Shown: positions 41,301 to 56,300 of the stretch, in pieces
How the letters are laid out: every line of letters starts with the position of its first letter
Numbering within the stretch: the stretch's first letter is position 1
Assembly (NCBI GenBank): GCA_032718475.1
Contig: JAUCBJ010006766.1
Coordinates: forward strand, 1-64,000
Source: Nemertoderma westbladi
Taxonomy: Eukaryota > Animalia > Xenacoelomorpha
Reading direction: 5' to 3'
Length of the DNA stretch: 64,000 nt
Position numbers and translations under genes: made by a program
Notes under the pieces: model-generated
Told to the model about the DNA's origin: nothing
What the model saw: the letters and a program-made list of their open reading frames with translations, nothing else
Database searches by the model: none

Positions 41301-44300
41301 CAAATATTAACTAATTTCTCGACAATATGATTGATAATAATGCATATCATAAGTTTACCTGTGTCGCATCCGAGCACATCAATATGGATTCTCGCTCCGT
41401 TCTTAACATCTGCGATATAAATAATAACTCCAGTGGCTAGAACTTCAACGTCACTGAAATCCTTGATGTCTTGTAACTGTTGGTTGAGTCCATCCCCGGT
41501 GTAATACTGAAATCACATAACATTTATACATATAATACGATAAGTAAAACCAACTCAATTTTTTTTACTCGCGATATTTTCGATATTTATTATCTCGATA
41601 TTTTTCAACACTCGTTATTTTTACTCTCGATATTTTTACTCTCGATATTTTTACTCTCGATATTTTTACTCTCGATATTTTTACTCTCGATATTTTTACT
41701 CTCGATATTTTTACTCTCGATATTTTTACTCTCGATATTTTTACTCTCGATATTTTTACTCTCGATATTTTTACTCTCGATATTTTTACTCTCGATATTT
41801 TTACTCTCGATATTTTTACTCTCGATATTTTTACTCTCGATATTTTTACTCTCGATATTTTTACTCTCGATATTTTTACTCTCGATATTTTTACTCTCGA
41901 TATTTTTCAACACTCGTTATTTTTACTCACGATATTTTTACTCTCGATATTTTTACTCACGATATTTTTACTCTCGATATTTTTACTCTCCATATTTTTA
42001 CTCTCCATATTTTTACTCTCGATATTTTACTCTCGATATTTTTACTCCCGATATTTTTACTCGCGATATTTTTACTCTCGATATTTTTACTCTCGATATT
42101 TTTATTCTCGATATTTTAACTCTCGATATTTTACTCTCGATATTTTTACTCTCGTTATTTTTACTCTCCATATTTTTACTCTCGATATTTTTACTCTCGA
42201 TATTTTTACTCTCGATATTTTTACTATCGATATTTTTACTCTCGATATTTTTACTCTCGATATTTTTACTCTCGATATTTTTACTCTCGATATTTTTACT
42301 CTCGATATTTTTACTCTCGATATTTTTCAACACTCGTTATTTTTACTCACGATATTTTTACTCTCGATATTTTTACTCACGATATTTTTACTCTCGATAT
42401 TTTTACTCTCCATATTTTTACTCTCCATATTTTTACTCTCGATATTTTACTCTCGATATTTTTACTCCCGATATTTTTACTCGCGATATTTTTACTCTCG
42501 ATATTTTTACTATCGATATTTTTACTCTCGATATTTTTACTCACGATATTTTTACTCTCGTTATTTTTACTCTCCATATTTTTACTCTCGATATTTTTAC
42601 TCTCGATATTTTTACTCTCGATATTTTTACTATCGATATTTTTACTCTCGATATTTTTACTCACGATATTTTTACTCTCGATATTTTTACTCTCGATATT
42701 TTTACTCTCCATATTTTTACTCTCGATATTTTTACTCTCGATATTTTTACTCCCGATATTTTTACTCCCGATATTTTTACTCTCGATGTTTTTACTCTCG
42801 ATATTTTTACTCTCGATATTTTTACTCTCGATATTTTTACTCGCGATATTTTTACTCTCAATATTTTTACTCGCGATATTTTTACTCTCGATATTTTTAC
42901 TCGCGATATTTTTACTCTCGATATTTTTACTCTCGATATTTTTACTCTCGATATTTTTACTCGCGATATTTTTACTCTCGATATTTTTACTCGCGATATT
43001 TTTACTATCGATATTTTTACTAGCGATATTTTCGATATTTTTCATCTCGCGATATTTTTCAACCCTGATTATTTTTACTCTTGATATTTGTAAACTCGAT
43101 ATTTTTCACCAATACCCATATTTCCATTTTCGAGTAAATACTATTAATGTTTCTAAAAGAACCTACCATGGGTGTTTTGGCGCCGTCTAATAAAATATCC
43201 CATGTATCCCATAGTTGGCCGTCGGTGTCGAATTGTTTTGTCTCTCCATCTTTATCTTCGAATTCCACGCGGAATTGGAGACCTGAGTTACTGGCTGCAA
43301 CATCTGAATAATAAATTATATCATCCTGAAAATAGTATTGATCCCTGATTATGTACAGACAGAACGATGTACTGTCGGATAAAACTGTAGGCCTACTGGC
43401 CTACTGAATACTGCACCAATAAGAACAGTAGGCCTACTGTACTGTTATAGAGTATTGGTTTCAAAACGCAATTTAGCTACAGACTTTCGGACTGTCAATC
43501 GTAACACAGTATTATTGCCTGTTAAATATCTGTGCAGCTAAGAAGATGATAATTCATGAAGAAAATCGTGTTACAAATAACCGAGAAACAATACGAGAAT
43601 AGCAATGATTATTTATTTGTGGACTTGAGAAATCGGATGGGAGACTTCCTAATGCTCTGTGTGTTTAGTGTCAAGCTACAATCAGTCAGCAGATAGGATT
43701 CCTGATGAAATTATTGCAGATATCAGATCACTGCACGATGGTTCCACCACCTTTGTGATGGTGACACAGATCCATTCGAAGTCTTAAGGGGAGTCCTTCG
43801 GGGTGATACACTTACACCATTCTTGTAATGTAATGTAATGTAATTGTAATTGTGGTTGATTATGTTCTACGCATGTCCTTAGACCATCTTAATAAAGATG
43901 GGTGATGGTAACACCCCCTACTGGCACAAGAAGTCGAGGAAATCGACTGATCTAGACTTTGCTGATGACATAGGGGTACTGTCAGAATCACTAGAGGGAG
44001 CCCAAATGGTCCTCTGCTCATTGGAGCAAGTTGCTTCTAGTGTTGGTCTTTTTGTAAACTCAAAGAAGACCAAAATCATGACAGTCAACCTAGACAGCCC
44101 TCAAGAAATGTCTGATCAGAAGGGCATACGCTCTAAGGACGGCTTGATTGAGCACATGGATGACTTCTGCTACTTGGGATCACGGATCAGAAAGCCAGGA
44201 TCAGGGGAAGGCATGGGCAGCGTTAAATAGTCTGTCCAGGATTTGGAAGTCCCATAGAATAAAACGGAACCTTAAGGTTCGATTATTTATGGCAGCACTA

Positions 44301-47300
44301 GTACGATACTCTTATGGGAATCCATCTCTGGATGGCACTTTCACAAAAATTCTGCGCCGGGTTCATTGTATCAAGTACAATGAACACACTCCAATCGGAC
44401 TCTATACAACATTGGATGTGTTCCATTAATCTCCCCTGCTTAACACTTCAATGGAACCGCCTCCGCTTTGCAGAACATTGCTTTCGCCGTGATAATCTTG
44501 TGCTTTGGCGCCCTCATGGAGTGAATAAGCATGGTGGAGAGCCCATGACACACTATCACCCCATGACCCATGACTGAAACGCATCTTAAAAGACACTGAC
44601 CTTGAAGATGCGGATGATCTTGCAAATTTCATGGGTGATAGGGAGTTGTGGCGGCGCAATTTTGTCTACAAGCCGGTACAGCATTCTTAATGTATATATG
44701 TAATGTATATATATATATATATAATACAGCTGCAATGTAGCATGCCGATCGTATAGTAGTAGTAGTACCGTCAGTGGATATGGAAGGGACATTTACAATC
44801 GTACAGTTAATATATTCAACACCGTTGAGGTAGTGAAAGCTAACACTATTCTGGAGACAAAGTTTAACTCAAAGTTAATCAGTTAAAAGTTGATCACAGT
44901 TTTTGTGATTGCATTCTTTGTGAAAAAGCTCATTTGAATCTTAACCCTCGACAAAAGTGTTCAAAGACATCCAATGGGAGATCTTGTGGTCGTCCAAAGG
45001 TACAGGATTCAGCAGAAGAAACATCCTCTAATATTAAGATAGTGTTATTTTCTTTCTAAAGTTGAACCTGGTACCCGCCATTTCTGCAGTCGATGAGATC
45101 GGATTGAAAATATGAACCGTCTCTTGCTAAATAGGGCCTACATATTGGGTTACAGTTGTGTTGTTACAGTTGTTACATAAATTAATTAATTATTACCAAA
45201 TGCGCAGTTGACTATAGGATCCCCAGTTGTTCTCAAGTTATACATAATTTATATAGTTTTCAATCATGATTGTTTCTCCATACTGGACATCAATAAAATA
45301 CAACTTTTGTGATTATTTTATATTTTTATATTTGATTTCTGTAATCGATACAACACAATTAAACGGACATGGTGATTAAATTTTTTTCACATTAATTTTT
45401 GAAACTTTCTTGTATTTTTCAAAAAAAATAAAAAGGCCGATATCTTGAAAACCAAACGACAGAATATCTTAAAAATTATATTTTTGGGTTTGTCTTGACC
45501 TGACGGATAACCATGCAAAACATGCATGGTGATTTACCAAAGTGGATTCCAATTTTTGCACAGGGTGAATGTGTATTAGAATGAATATGACAGGTTTTAA
45601 ACACACTATTTTGGATAATTTGTGAACAACATTAAAAACTTAGATATATTGTATTATAACATAGAAAGCATAAAAACTAAAAACCTTGAATCCCCGACCC
45701 CCTCAATCATATACTCTTCATATACTATAATGCATTTAGCAATGAAAATGGATAATGGAGGGATTTTAGTAAAAGTTAAGTGTAATAAGTTATGGCGCTT
45801 AAGACAAACAAACATAATAAAACAATTATTAAAAGTCTCACCTTCAATCAAAGTGTAGAATCCAGTAACTTCTTGTAATTTATTGAAGGTAATTTCGAAA
45901 TAAATATCCCTCAAAGGATACTCTATAACAACGCCGGAACCGGATGTACTCAGATCTGAAGTCAACCCTGATGCCAGTTCAACTTCAGCGTAATCTAACC
46001 GATCACAGCAATCCCTTTCGCACTCCTCGGGGGGTGGTGTGGGAGGTGGAGTGCCTGGGGGAGGTGTTCCTGGTGGTGGAGTGCCTGGAGGTGGAGTGCC
46101 TGGAGGAGGTGTTCCTGGTGGAGGTGTTCCTGGTGGTGGAGTGCCTGGAGGTGGAGTGCCTGGGGGAGGTGTTCCTGGTGGTGGAGTGCCTGGTGGAGGT
46201 GTTCCTGGTGGTGGGGTGCCTGGGGGAGGTGTTCCTGGTGGTGGGGTGCCTGGAGGTGGAGTACCTGGGGGAGGTGTTCCTGGTGGTGGAGTGCCTGGAG
46301 GTGGAGTGCCTGGAGGAGGTGTTCCTGGTGGAGGTGTTCCTGGTGGTGGAGTGCCTGGAGGTGGAGTGCCTGGAGGTGGTGTTCCTGGTGGTGGAGTTCC
46401 TGGAGGTGGTGTGCCTGGTGGAGGCGTTCCTGGTGGTGGAGTGCCTGGAGGAGGTGTTCCTGGTGGTGGAGTGCCTGGAGGAGGTGTTCCTGGTGGTGGA
46501 GTGCCAGGTGGAGGTGTTCCTGGTGGTGGAGTGCCTGGAGGAGGTGTTCCTGGTGGTGGAGTGCCCGGAGGTGGAGTGCCTGGAGGAGGTGTTCCTGGTG
46601 GAGGTGTTCCTGGTGGTGGAGTGCCTGGAGGAGGTGTTCCTGGTGGAGGTGTTCCTGGTGGTGGAGTGCCTGGGGGTGGCGTTCCTGGTGGAGGTGTTCC
46701 TGGTGGTGGTGTTCCTGGAGGAGGAGTGCCTGGAGGTGGAGTGCCTGGGGGTGGAGTGCCTGGGGGAGGTGTTCCTGGTGGTGGAGTGCCTGGAGGTGGA
46801 GTGCCTGGAGGAGGTGTTCCTGGTGGAGGTGTTCCTGGTGGTGGAGTGCCTGGGGGAGGCGTTCCTGGTGGAGGTGTTCCTGGTGGTGGTGTTCCTGGAG
46901 GAGGAGTGCCTGGAGGTGGAGTGCCTGGGGGTGGAGTGCCTGGGGGAGGTGTTCCTGGTGGTGGAGTGCCCGGAGGTGGAGTGCCTGGAGGAGGTGTTCC
47001 TGGTGGAGGTGTTCCTGGTGGTGGAGTACCTGGGGGAGGTGTTCCTGGCGGTGGAGTGCCTGGAGGAGGTGTTCCTGGTGGAGGTGTTCCTGGTGGTGGA
47101 GTGCCTGGGGGAGGTGTTCCTGGTGGTGGAGTGCCTGGAGGTGGAGTGCCTGGGGGAGGTGTTCCTGGTGGTGGAGTGCCTGGAGGAGGTGTTCCTGGTG
47201 GTGGGGTGCCTGGGGGAGGTGTTCCTGGTGGCGGTGTTCCTGGTGGTGGCGTGCCTGGAGGTGGAGTGCCTGGGGGAGGTGTTCCTGGTGGTGGAGTGCC

Positions 47301-50300
47301 TGGTGGTGGAGTGCCTGGAGGAGGTGTTCCTGGTGGAGGAGTGCCTGGTGGCGGTGTTCCTGGTGGTGGTGTGCCTGGTGGCGGTGTTCCTGGTGGTGGG
47401 GTGCCTGGAGGAGGTGTTCCTGGTGGTGGGGTGCCTGGGGGAGGTGTTCCTGGAGGAGGTGTTCCTGGTGGTGGAGTGCCTGGAGGAGGTGTTCCTGGTG
47501 GTGGAGTGCCTGGAGGAGGTGTTCCTGGTGGTGGAGTGCCTGGAGGAGGTGTTCCTGGTGGTGGGGTGCCTGGAGGAGGTGTTCCTGGTGGTGGAGTGCC
47601 TGGTGGAGGTGTTCCTGGTGGTGGAGTGCCTGGTGGAGGTGTTCCTGGTGGTGGAGTGCCTGGAGGAGGTGTTCCTGGTGGTGGAGTGCCTGGTGGAGGG
47701 GTGCCTGGGGGTGGAGTGCCTGGAGGTGGAGTGCCTGGTGGTGGAGTGCCTGGTGGTGGTGTACCTGGTGGTGGAGTGCCTGGGGGAGGCGTTCCTGGTG
47801 GAGGTGTTCCTGGTGGTGGTGTTCCTGGTGGTGGAGTGCCTGGCGGTGGAGTGCCTGGTGGTGGAGTGCCTGGAGGAGGTGTTCCTGGTGGTGGGGTGCC
47901 TGGAGGAGGTGTTCCTGGTGGTGGAGTGCCCGGTGGGGGTGTTCCTGGTGGTGGGGTGCCTGGAGGAGGTGTTCCTGGTGGTGGAGTGCCTGGGGGAGGT
48001 GTTCCTGGTGGTGGAGTGCCTGGAGGAGGTGTTCCTGGTGGTGGAGTGCCTGGTGGTGGAGTGCCTGGTGGTGGAGTGCCCGGAGGTGGAGTGCCTGGTG
48101 GTGGGGTACCTGGGGGAGGTGTTCCTGGTGGAGGTGTTCCTGGTGGTGGTGTGCCCGGTGGAGGTGTTCCTGGTGGAGGTGTTCCTGGTGGTGGGGTGCC
48201 TGGAGGAGGTGTACCTGGTGGTGGAGTGCCTGGAGGAGGTGTTCCTGGTGGTGGAGTGCCTGGTGGAGGTGTTCCTGGGGGTGGAGTGCCTGGAGGAGGT
48301 GTTCCTGGTGGTGGGGTGCCTGGAGGAGGCGTTCCTGGTGGAGGAGTGCCTGGAGGAGGCGTTCCTGGTGGTGGAGTGCCTGGAGGTGGTGTGCCTGGAG
48401 GTGGAGTGCCTGGAGGAGGTGTTCCTGGTGGTGGTGTGCCTGGTGGTGGAGTGCCTGGAGGAGGCGTTCCTGGTGGTGGAGTGCCTGGGGGAGGTGTTCC
48501 TGGTGGTGGAGTGCCTGGAGGAGGTGTTCCTGGTGGTGGAGTGCCTGGTGGAGGTGTTCCTGGTGGTGGAGTGCCTGGTGGTGGTGTACCTGGTGGTGGA
48601 GTGCCTGGAGGTGGTGTTCCTGGTGGTGGAGTGCCTGGAGGTGGTGTGCCTGGTGGTGGAGTGCCTGGAGGTGGAGTGCCTGGTGGTGGAGTGCCTGGGG
48701 GAGGTGTTCCTGGTGGAGGTGTTCCTGGTGGGGGGGTGCCCGGAGGAGGTGTTCCTGGTGGTGGCGTACCTGGAGGAGGAGTGCCTGGGGGAGGTGTTCC
48801 TGGTGGTGGAGTGCCTGGGGGAGGTGTTCCTGGTGGTGGAGTGCCTGGAGGTGGTGTGCCTGGAGGTGGAGTGCCTGGAGGTGGTGTTCCTGGTGGTGGA
48901 GTGCCTGGAGGTGGTGTTCCTGGTGGTGGAGTGCCTGGAGGTGGTGTGCCTGGAGGAGGCGTTCCTGGTGGTGGAGTGCCTGGAGGTGGTGTTCCTGGTG
49001 GTGGAGTGCCTGGTGGTGGAGTGCCTGGTGGTGGAGTGCCTGGTGGTGGTGTACCTGGAGGAGGTGTTCCTGGTGGTGGAGTGCCTGGAGGTGGAGTGCC
49101 TGGTGGTGGAGTGCCTGGGGGAGGAGTGCCTGGGGGAGGTGTTCCTGGTGGAGGTGTTCCTGGGGGCGGGGTGCCCGGAGGAGGTGTTCCTGGGGGAGGT
49201 GTTCCTGGTGGTGGAGTGCCTGGGGGAGGTGTTCCTGGTGGTGGAGTGCCTGGAGGTGGTGTGCCTGGTGGAGGCGTTCCTGGTGGAGGAGTGCCTGGAG
49301 GAGGTGTTCCTGGGGGTGGTGTTCCTGGAGGAGGTGTACCAGGTGGTGGAGTGCCTGGGGGAGGTGTTCCTGGTGGTGGAGTTCCTGGAGGTGGTGTGCC
49401 TGGTGGAGGCGTTCCTGGTGGTGGAGTGCCTGGGGGTGGTGTGCCTGGGGGAGGCGTTCCTGGTGGTGGTGTGCCTGGAGGAGGCGTTCCTGGTGGTGGA
49501 GTGCCTGGAGGAGGTGTTCCTGGTGGTGGAGTGCCTGGAGGTGGTGTTCCTGGTGGTGGAGTTCCTGGAGGTGGTGTACCTGGTGGAGGCGTTCCTGGTG
49601 GTGGAGTGCCTGGAGGAGGTGTTCCTGGTGGTGGAGTGCCTGGAGGTGGTGTTCCTGGTGGTGGAGTTCCTGGAGGTGGTGTGCCTGGTGGAGGCGTTCC
49701 TGGTGGTGGAGTGCCTGGAGGGGGTGTTCCTGGTGGTGGAGTGCCTGGAGGTGGTGTTCCTGGTGGTGGAGTGCCTGGAGGAGGTGTTCCTGGTGGTGGA
49801 GTTCCTGGAGGTGGTGTGCCTGGTGGAGGCGTTCCTGGTGGTGGAGTGCCTGGAGGAGGTGTTCCTGGTGGTGGAGTGCCTGGAGGTGGTGTTCCTGGTG
49901 GTGGAGTGCCTGGAGGAGGTGTTCCTGGTGGTGGAGTGCCTGGAGGTGGTGTGCCTGGAGGAGGCGTTCCTGGTGGTGGAGTGCCTGGAGGAGGTGTTCC
50001 TGGTGGTGGAGTGCCTGGAGGAGGTGTTCCTGGTGGTGGAGTGCCTGGAGGTGGTGTGCCTGGAGGAGGTGTTCCTGGTGGTGGAGGGCCTGGAGGTGGT
50101 GTTCCTGGTGGTGGCGTGCCTGGAGGTGGTGTGCCTGGAGGAGGTGTTCCTGGTGGTGGAGTGCCTGGAGGTGGTGTGCCTGGAGGAGGTGTTCCTGGTG
50201 GTGGAGTGCCTGGAGGTGGTGTGCCTGGAGGTGGTGTGCCTGGAGGTGGAGTGCCTGGAGGTGGTGTTCCTGGTGGTGGAGTGCCTGGTGGAGGAGTGCC

Positions 50301-53300
50301 TGGAGGTGGTGTGCCTGGAGGAGGTGTACCTGGTGGTGGAGTGCCTGGAGGTGGTGTTCCTGGTGGTGGAGTGCCTGGAGGTGGAGTGCCAGGAGGAGGC
50401 GTTCCTGGTGGTGGAGTGCCTGGAGGAGGTGTTCCTGGTGGTGGGGTGCCTGGAGGAGGCGTTCCCGGTGGTGGAGTGCCTGGAGGAGGTGTTCCTGGTG
50501 GTGGAGTTCCTGGAGGTGGTGTACCTGGTGGAGGCGTTCCTGGTGGTGGAGTGCCTGGAGGAGGCGTTCCTGGTGGTGGAGTGCCTGGAGGTGGTGTTCC
50601 TGGTGGTGGGGTGCCTGGAGGTGGTGTGCCTGGAGGAGGCGTTCCTGGTGGTGGAGTGCCTGGAGGTGGTGTTCCTGGTGGTGGAGTGCCTGGAGGTGGT
50701 GTTCCTGGTGGTGGGGTGCCTGGAGGAGGCGTTCCTGGTGGTGGAGTGCCTGGAGGAGGTGTTCCTGGTGGTGGAGTTCCTGGAGGTGGTGTGCCTGGTG
50801 GAGGCGTTCCTGGTGGTGGAGTGCCTGGAGGAGGTGTTCCTGGTGGTGGAGTGCCTGGAGGTGGAGTTCCTGGTGGTGGAGTGCCTGGAGGTGGTGTTCC
50901 TGGTGGAGGTGTTCCTGGTGGAGGTGTTCCTGGTGGAGGTGTTCCTGGTGGTGGAGTGCCTGGAGGAGGTGTTCCTGGTGGTGGAGTTCCTGGAGGTGGT
51001 GTGCCTGGTGGAGGCGTTCCTGGTGGTGGAGTGCCTGGAGGAGGTGTTCCTGGTGGTGGAGTGCCTGGAGGAGGCGTTCCTGGTGGTGGAGTGCCTGGAG
51101 GTGGTGTTCCTGGTGGTGGAGTGCCTGGTGGAGGTGTTCCTGGTGGTGGAGTGCCTGGAGGAGGCGTTCCTGGTGGTGGAGTGCCTGGAGGTGGTGTTCC
51201 TGGTGGTGGAGTGCCTGGAGGAGGTGTTCCTGGTGGTGGAGTGCCTGGAGGAGGCGTTCCTGGTGGTGGAGTGCCTGGAGGAGGCGTTCCTGGTGGTGGA
51301 GTGCCTGGTGGAGGTGTTCCTGGTGGTGGAGTGCCTGGAGGTGGTGTGCCTGGTGGAGGCGTTCCTGGTGGTGGAGTGCCTGGAGGAGGTGTTCCTGGTG
51401 GTGGAGTGCCTGGAGGAGGCGTTCCTGGTGGTGGAGTGCCTGGTGGAGGTGTTCCTGGTGGTGGAGTGCCTGGAGGTGGTGTTCCTGGTGGTGGAGTGCC
51501 TGGTGGAGGTGTTCCTGGTGGTGGAGTGCCTGGAGGTGGAGTGCCTGGTGGAGGTGTTCCTGGTGGTGGAGTGCCTGGAGGTGGTGTTCCTGGTGGTGGA
51601 GTGCCTGGTGGAGGTGTTGCTTCAGTAGGCGGTCCTGTAATAGGTTAGTATTTATTAAATATTTTTGAGTAAAACATTATGTAAAACAAAATTATTTCAT
51701 TTTTGAACTTATTTATATGAATTATTATTATTTAACGTTGGTTACGGGTTGAAGATCGTTTCAACTCTTTATTAATGATTTCTCCCGTAATGAACTACAT
51801 TAATAATTAATAATATTTAATGCACCGTCCTAACAATCCCAAAACACCAAAACATAAGTATCTCACCTTGTCCGCACTCGCCAACGACACCAAACGAGAT
51901 ACCAAGACCGGAATTAGGTAACCAATTAGTTGCTACCACGGCAACCCATCTTGTTTCTACCGGAGTGAATGCTTCCCCTACAAACACGGAATCACCCGTA
52001 CTGAAAACGGAACCGTCATATTCCTGAAATAAAATTAATAATAATTCAACAACTTTAAAAACAACAGTTTTATTCATACAACTAACTGTACTGTAATAAC
52101 TCTAAACTGTAACTTTATTACAAATTATTCGTGTGTTATTGTTCGGATTAATTAACAAGAATGCAGTACTAGAATTACTAATTAATAAACCTTAATTCAA
52201 ATATGAGAAAAACTATATTATTGGAATTAAAACCAACCTTGTAATCGTAAGGAACTGTGTGGGGCTTTTTGACGTGTCTCATCAACTCGTTACTCTGAAG
52301 ATTACCATCGGTGTCGTATTCGCTTCCCTCCTGGTTGTTTTCTAGGGTCTCGGCAAATATAACTCGGTACTTAAAGAATCCGTTGGCAAAGTCTGTCGCA
52401 TGGTGAAATATTACCAAGCTATTCACCTAAAGGAATCATTTAATGTTCAGCCAATTATTGTGGTTCGTAAGATGGTAAAATAAAGTTATTCACCAAAAAT
52501 GAATCATAGTAAGAAGCATTAGTACACCTAAACTAAAGATTATATTTCACGAATGCTATCAGACAGAAAGGTGGATAATATAGTGAAGTTATTGGCACTC
52601 AATAAGACAATGAGAATCCGTTCACATTATCAACCATTGCTATAAGTCCTTGAAAATGACGGTAGTATGCAGAACATAATATGAACAAACTAATTATGAA
52701 ACCAAAATTAGAAACACTACTACGTCGCACAGTCAAGAAACCGACACAATCAGCTGTTTAAAATCATCTCTGGAACGACATCATGAAACATACCACATCA
52801 TGAAACATACCACATCATGAAACATACCACATCATGAAACATACCACATCATGAAACATACCACATCATGAAACATACCACATCATGAAACATACCACAT
52901 CATGAAACATACCACATCATGAAACATACCACATCATGAAACATACCACATCATGAAACATACCACATCATGAAACATACCACATCATGAAACATACCAC
53001 ATCATGAAACATACCACATCATGAAACATACCACATCATGAAACATACCACATCATGAAACATACCACATCATGAAACATACCACATCATGAAACATACC
53101 ACATCATGAAACATACCACATCATGAAACATACCACATCATGAAACATACCACATCATGAAACATACCACATCATGAAACATACCACATCATGAAACAAA
53201 CCACATCATGAAAGATACCACATCATAAAACATACCACATCATGAAACATACCACATCATGAAACATACCATATCATGAAACATACCACATCATAAAACA

Positions 53301-56300
53301 TACCACATCATGAAACATACCACATCATGAAACATACCACATCATGAAACATACCACATCATGAAACATACCACATCATGAAACATACCACATCATGAAA
53401 CATACCATATCATGAAACATACCACATCATAAAACATACCACATCATGAAACATACCACATCATGAAACATACCACATCATGAAACATACCACATCATGA
53501 AACATACCACATCATGAAACACACTGCCATTAGGACTAATGACTATATAAAATATAAGATTATAGAGGTTTATTTAGATTTTAATTGGACTTTAATGGAG
53601 TTTGTTTATAATTTTAATAGTTATGTTAAAACTAATAAAAAACTAGCTGGACCAATAATTCCGATATGAAATAAAAATTACAACTAAGAATTGACACATT
53701 ATTGTCTTAAACCAAGGGAAATATCCCTAAATGTTGGCAATTGGCTTTACCCTACCAATGGAACTTGGGAACCATAATTAAAGGCTTTGTTTACTGTAGA
53801 TGATCACACAATAAGGCAAACATTTTTCATTTAGCCTACAAGATTACTCCATTCATATTATAACTTCCTTCTATTAATATAGTATATTTATTTTATTTTT
53901 TATTAGCGTATTACCTTAGACAGGTTTATTACGTACTTTCTTTCGGAAATAGAGAATCCATAAAAGATATAAAGATTATATAAAAACTTACGGAATAGAT
54001 TCCGCCCAAATCCAGTCCTGCTAGAATATGTCCAACTCTCTTGTTTGTTCTTGTGAGTGATCTATCGTCCGGGGACCATCCAAATGAATCATCCATATCT
54101 ATCTTCGGATCTGTGTAATCCTGAGCGTTTAGTAAACATCCTGATAGACAAAGGATAAGGTAGAAGTTGTTTATCTTTAATTAGAAATTGCATTGAAAAA
54201 ATAGTTGCGCAATTTTGCAAAACCGAGATGTATTATGTAGTTTATTTTATTTATTTAGCAGCTTGGTCTAGTGGTGACATTCCTGGGCTTCCAATTAGGA
54301 ACCCCTGGTTTGATCCCTAGATGGGGCAGCACTATTTGCTACTATAGTGCTTTAAATGCTGCAGCCTAGCCCAACCCTGGCTTTCAGTGGTCGATAAATG
54401 GGAACCAAGGCAACTTGGGAAACAGAGGGTTTACTGTGGGAGATCACCCATGGTGGTGAACAGGCATTCGTTGGCATAACGAGCCTAAAAGAGTAGTGAG
54501 TAGGGATGTGCCGGATTGACCATGTTCAAACCAGCAAGGCCGGAACCGGAGCCGGATTTGTAAAAAAATCCGGCCGGAATTATTAGACGGATTATTTTGT
54601 AAATCACCACTTTTTTCCTGAATCAGTTATGGTACCTGTATGAATAAACAGAACTGGAGGAAGGGTACCGCGTAATTTGGTCCTTTGGAGCGTTAGGTAC
54701 TGCGTCGACAGATTCGGGACGAAATGTTTCAGGTCGTAATGGCATAGATAAAATAATGTAACATAATATTATAACGAAGTAGTAATAGCTGTAGTTTTTT
54801 TAATACTCTCTGAGTTAAATTGGATTTCCTAGAGTTTCTAAATTGCATGTCGAATATATATAAATCATTCGCGGTGATAACTTATTCTAACATCAGCGCT
54901 TGCGCGCTGTATAATATAATGATTATAGACTATATAGTTATAATTAGTATATGGTTGGGCATATGTGTACTATTAATATATATACACCATGTCCCGTAAT
55001 ATAGTGATTGAACTACGATGATACTTGAAATTTGAAACACCATTAATTCTACTCACCTTCGAAGACCCCATGAAGCCGGAATTTTCGATTTTGCTTTTAA
55101 ATTCATTTTATAAGCGTTTTAAAAAAGTGTCTTTTGCGAAATCGCACCCTCTGTATCGTAGCCATTCTTCACATTCGTCGTAATTTTTTCATATCATTAA
55201 AAAGCTTGCCTTGCAAGGATTCCAAATATGTAACAATATCTGAATTTCGTTGAGAAACAGCTAAGATATAGGCGTTCAAAGATTGCTAGAATTATCGTTC
55301 GTTGTAGGCCATTTATTCTATTTAATAAATACACAAAATTCTAGAACGTGTTATTTATTTTATGAGTTGGTGGGCAACAGCGGTAATCCTATCCACTATA
55401 TCTATTGAATAGCTAGCTATTCATACTTAAACAAATTGTTCCAGAACATCGTGTATTTATTAAATAGAATGAATGGCCTTCAGCGGACAATAGTTCTTGC
55501 AATCTTTGAACGCCTATATCTCTGTTGTTTCTCAACGAAATTCAGATATTGTTACATATTTCGAATCCTTGCAAGGCAAGCTTTTTAATGATTTTAATGA
55601 TATGAAAAAAAGTACGACTAATGTGAAAAATGTCCACTCTACGGAGGGTGCGATTTCGCAAAAGACACTTTTTTAAAACGCCTATAAAAAGAATTTAAAG
55701 GCAAAATCGAGAATTCCGGCTTCATGGGGTCATCGACGGTGAGTTGAACTACAGTAGTTGTGTTTCAAATTTCAAGCAATATGATAAAGATTTGTAGAAA
55801 AATCTGGGGGGGGTTCCGTGTCATCAGAAAATGACACTACATTACGGGACTTGGTGTATAACGTGTTAGTGAGGCTGAGCCCAACGAAATACAAATTTAT
55901 TCGCAAAAAGTAATCAGTCAGCTCAGAATGTACAGTAGATAGTCATAAAATGATAGTTTTAGACTTTATCATATTTATAATATGAATGAATGTGATAACA
56001 ACTTTGAAAAAAAGTATATTGTGTTCCATTATATTTGCTTATGTTTAAATTTGTTTGAATTCTACGACCATATTATCGGTCCCTGCCAGTACTACCCCGG
56101 GTCCTACATCGGTCCCAGCCAGTACCCCGGGTCCCACATTGGTCCCAGCCAGTACTACCCCGGGTCCCACATCGGTCCCAGCCAGTACTACCCCAGGTCC
56201 CACATTGGTCCCAGCCAGTACTACCCCAGGTCCCACATTGGTCCCAGCCAGTACTACCCCGGGTCCCACACTGGTCCCAGCCGGTACCCCGGGTCCCACA

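Noticed and set aside
41480-43190. LLSIF / IESKN / DIFTL repeat ORFs
   Set aside because: They are translations of an intronic 15-bp minisatellite with 1-nt indels and no wobble-biased variation.
46039-51648. (GGGVP)n ORFs as the real gene (elastin/silk-like)
   Set aside because: There is no ATG or supporting exon chain on +, whereas the - strand has a branch point, splice sites and phase continuity with flanking domain exons.
54258-54335. tRNA genes (also tRNA-like pieces at ~16716-16770, ~63030-63107 and ~63315-63370)
   Set aside because: A/B-box-like motifs are present but I could not form a proper cloverleaf; they are better explained as SINE heads or decayed copies.
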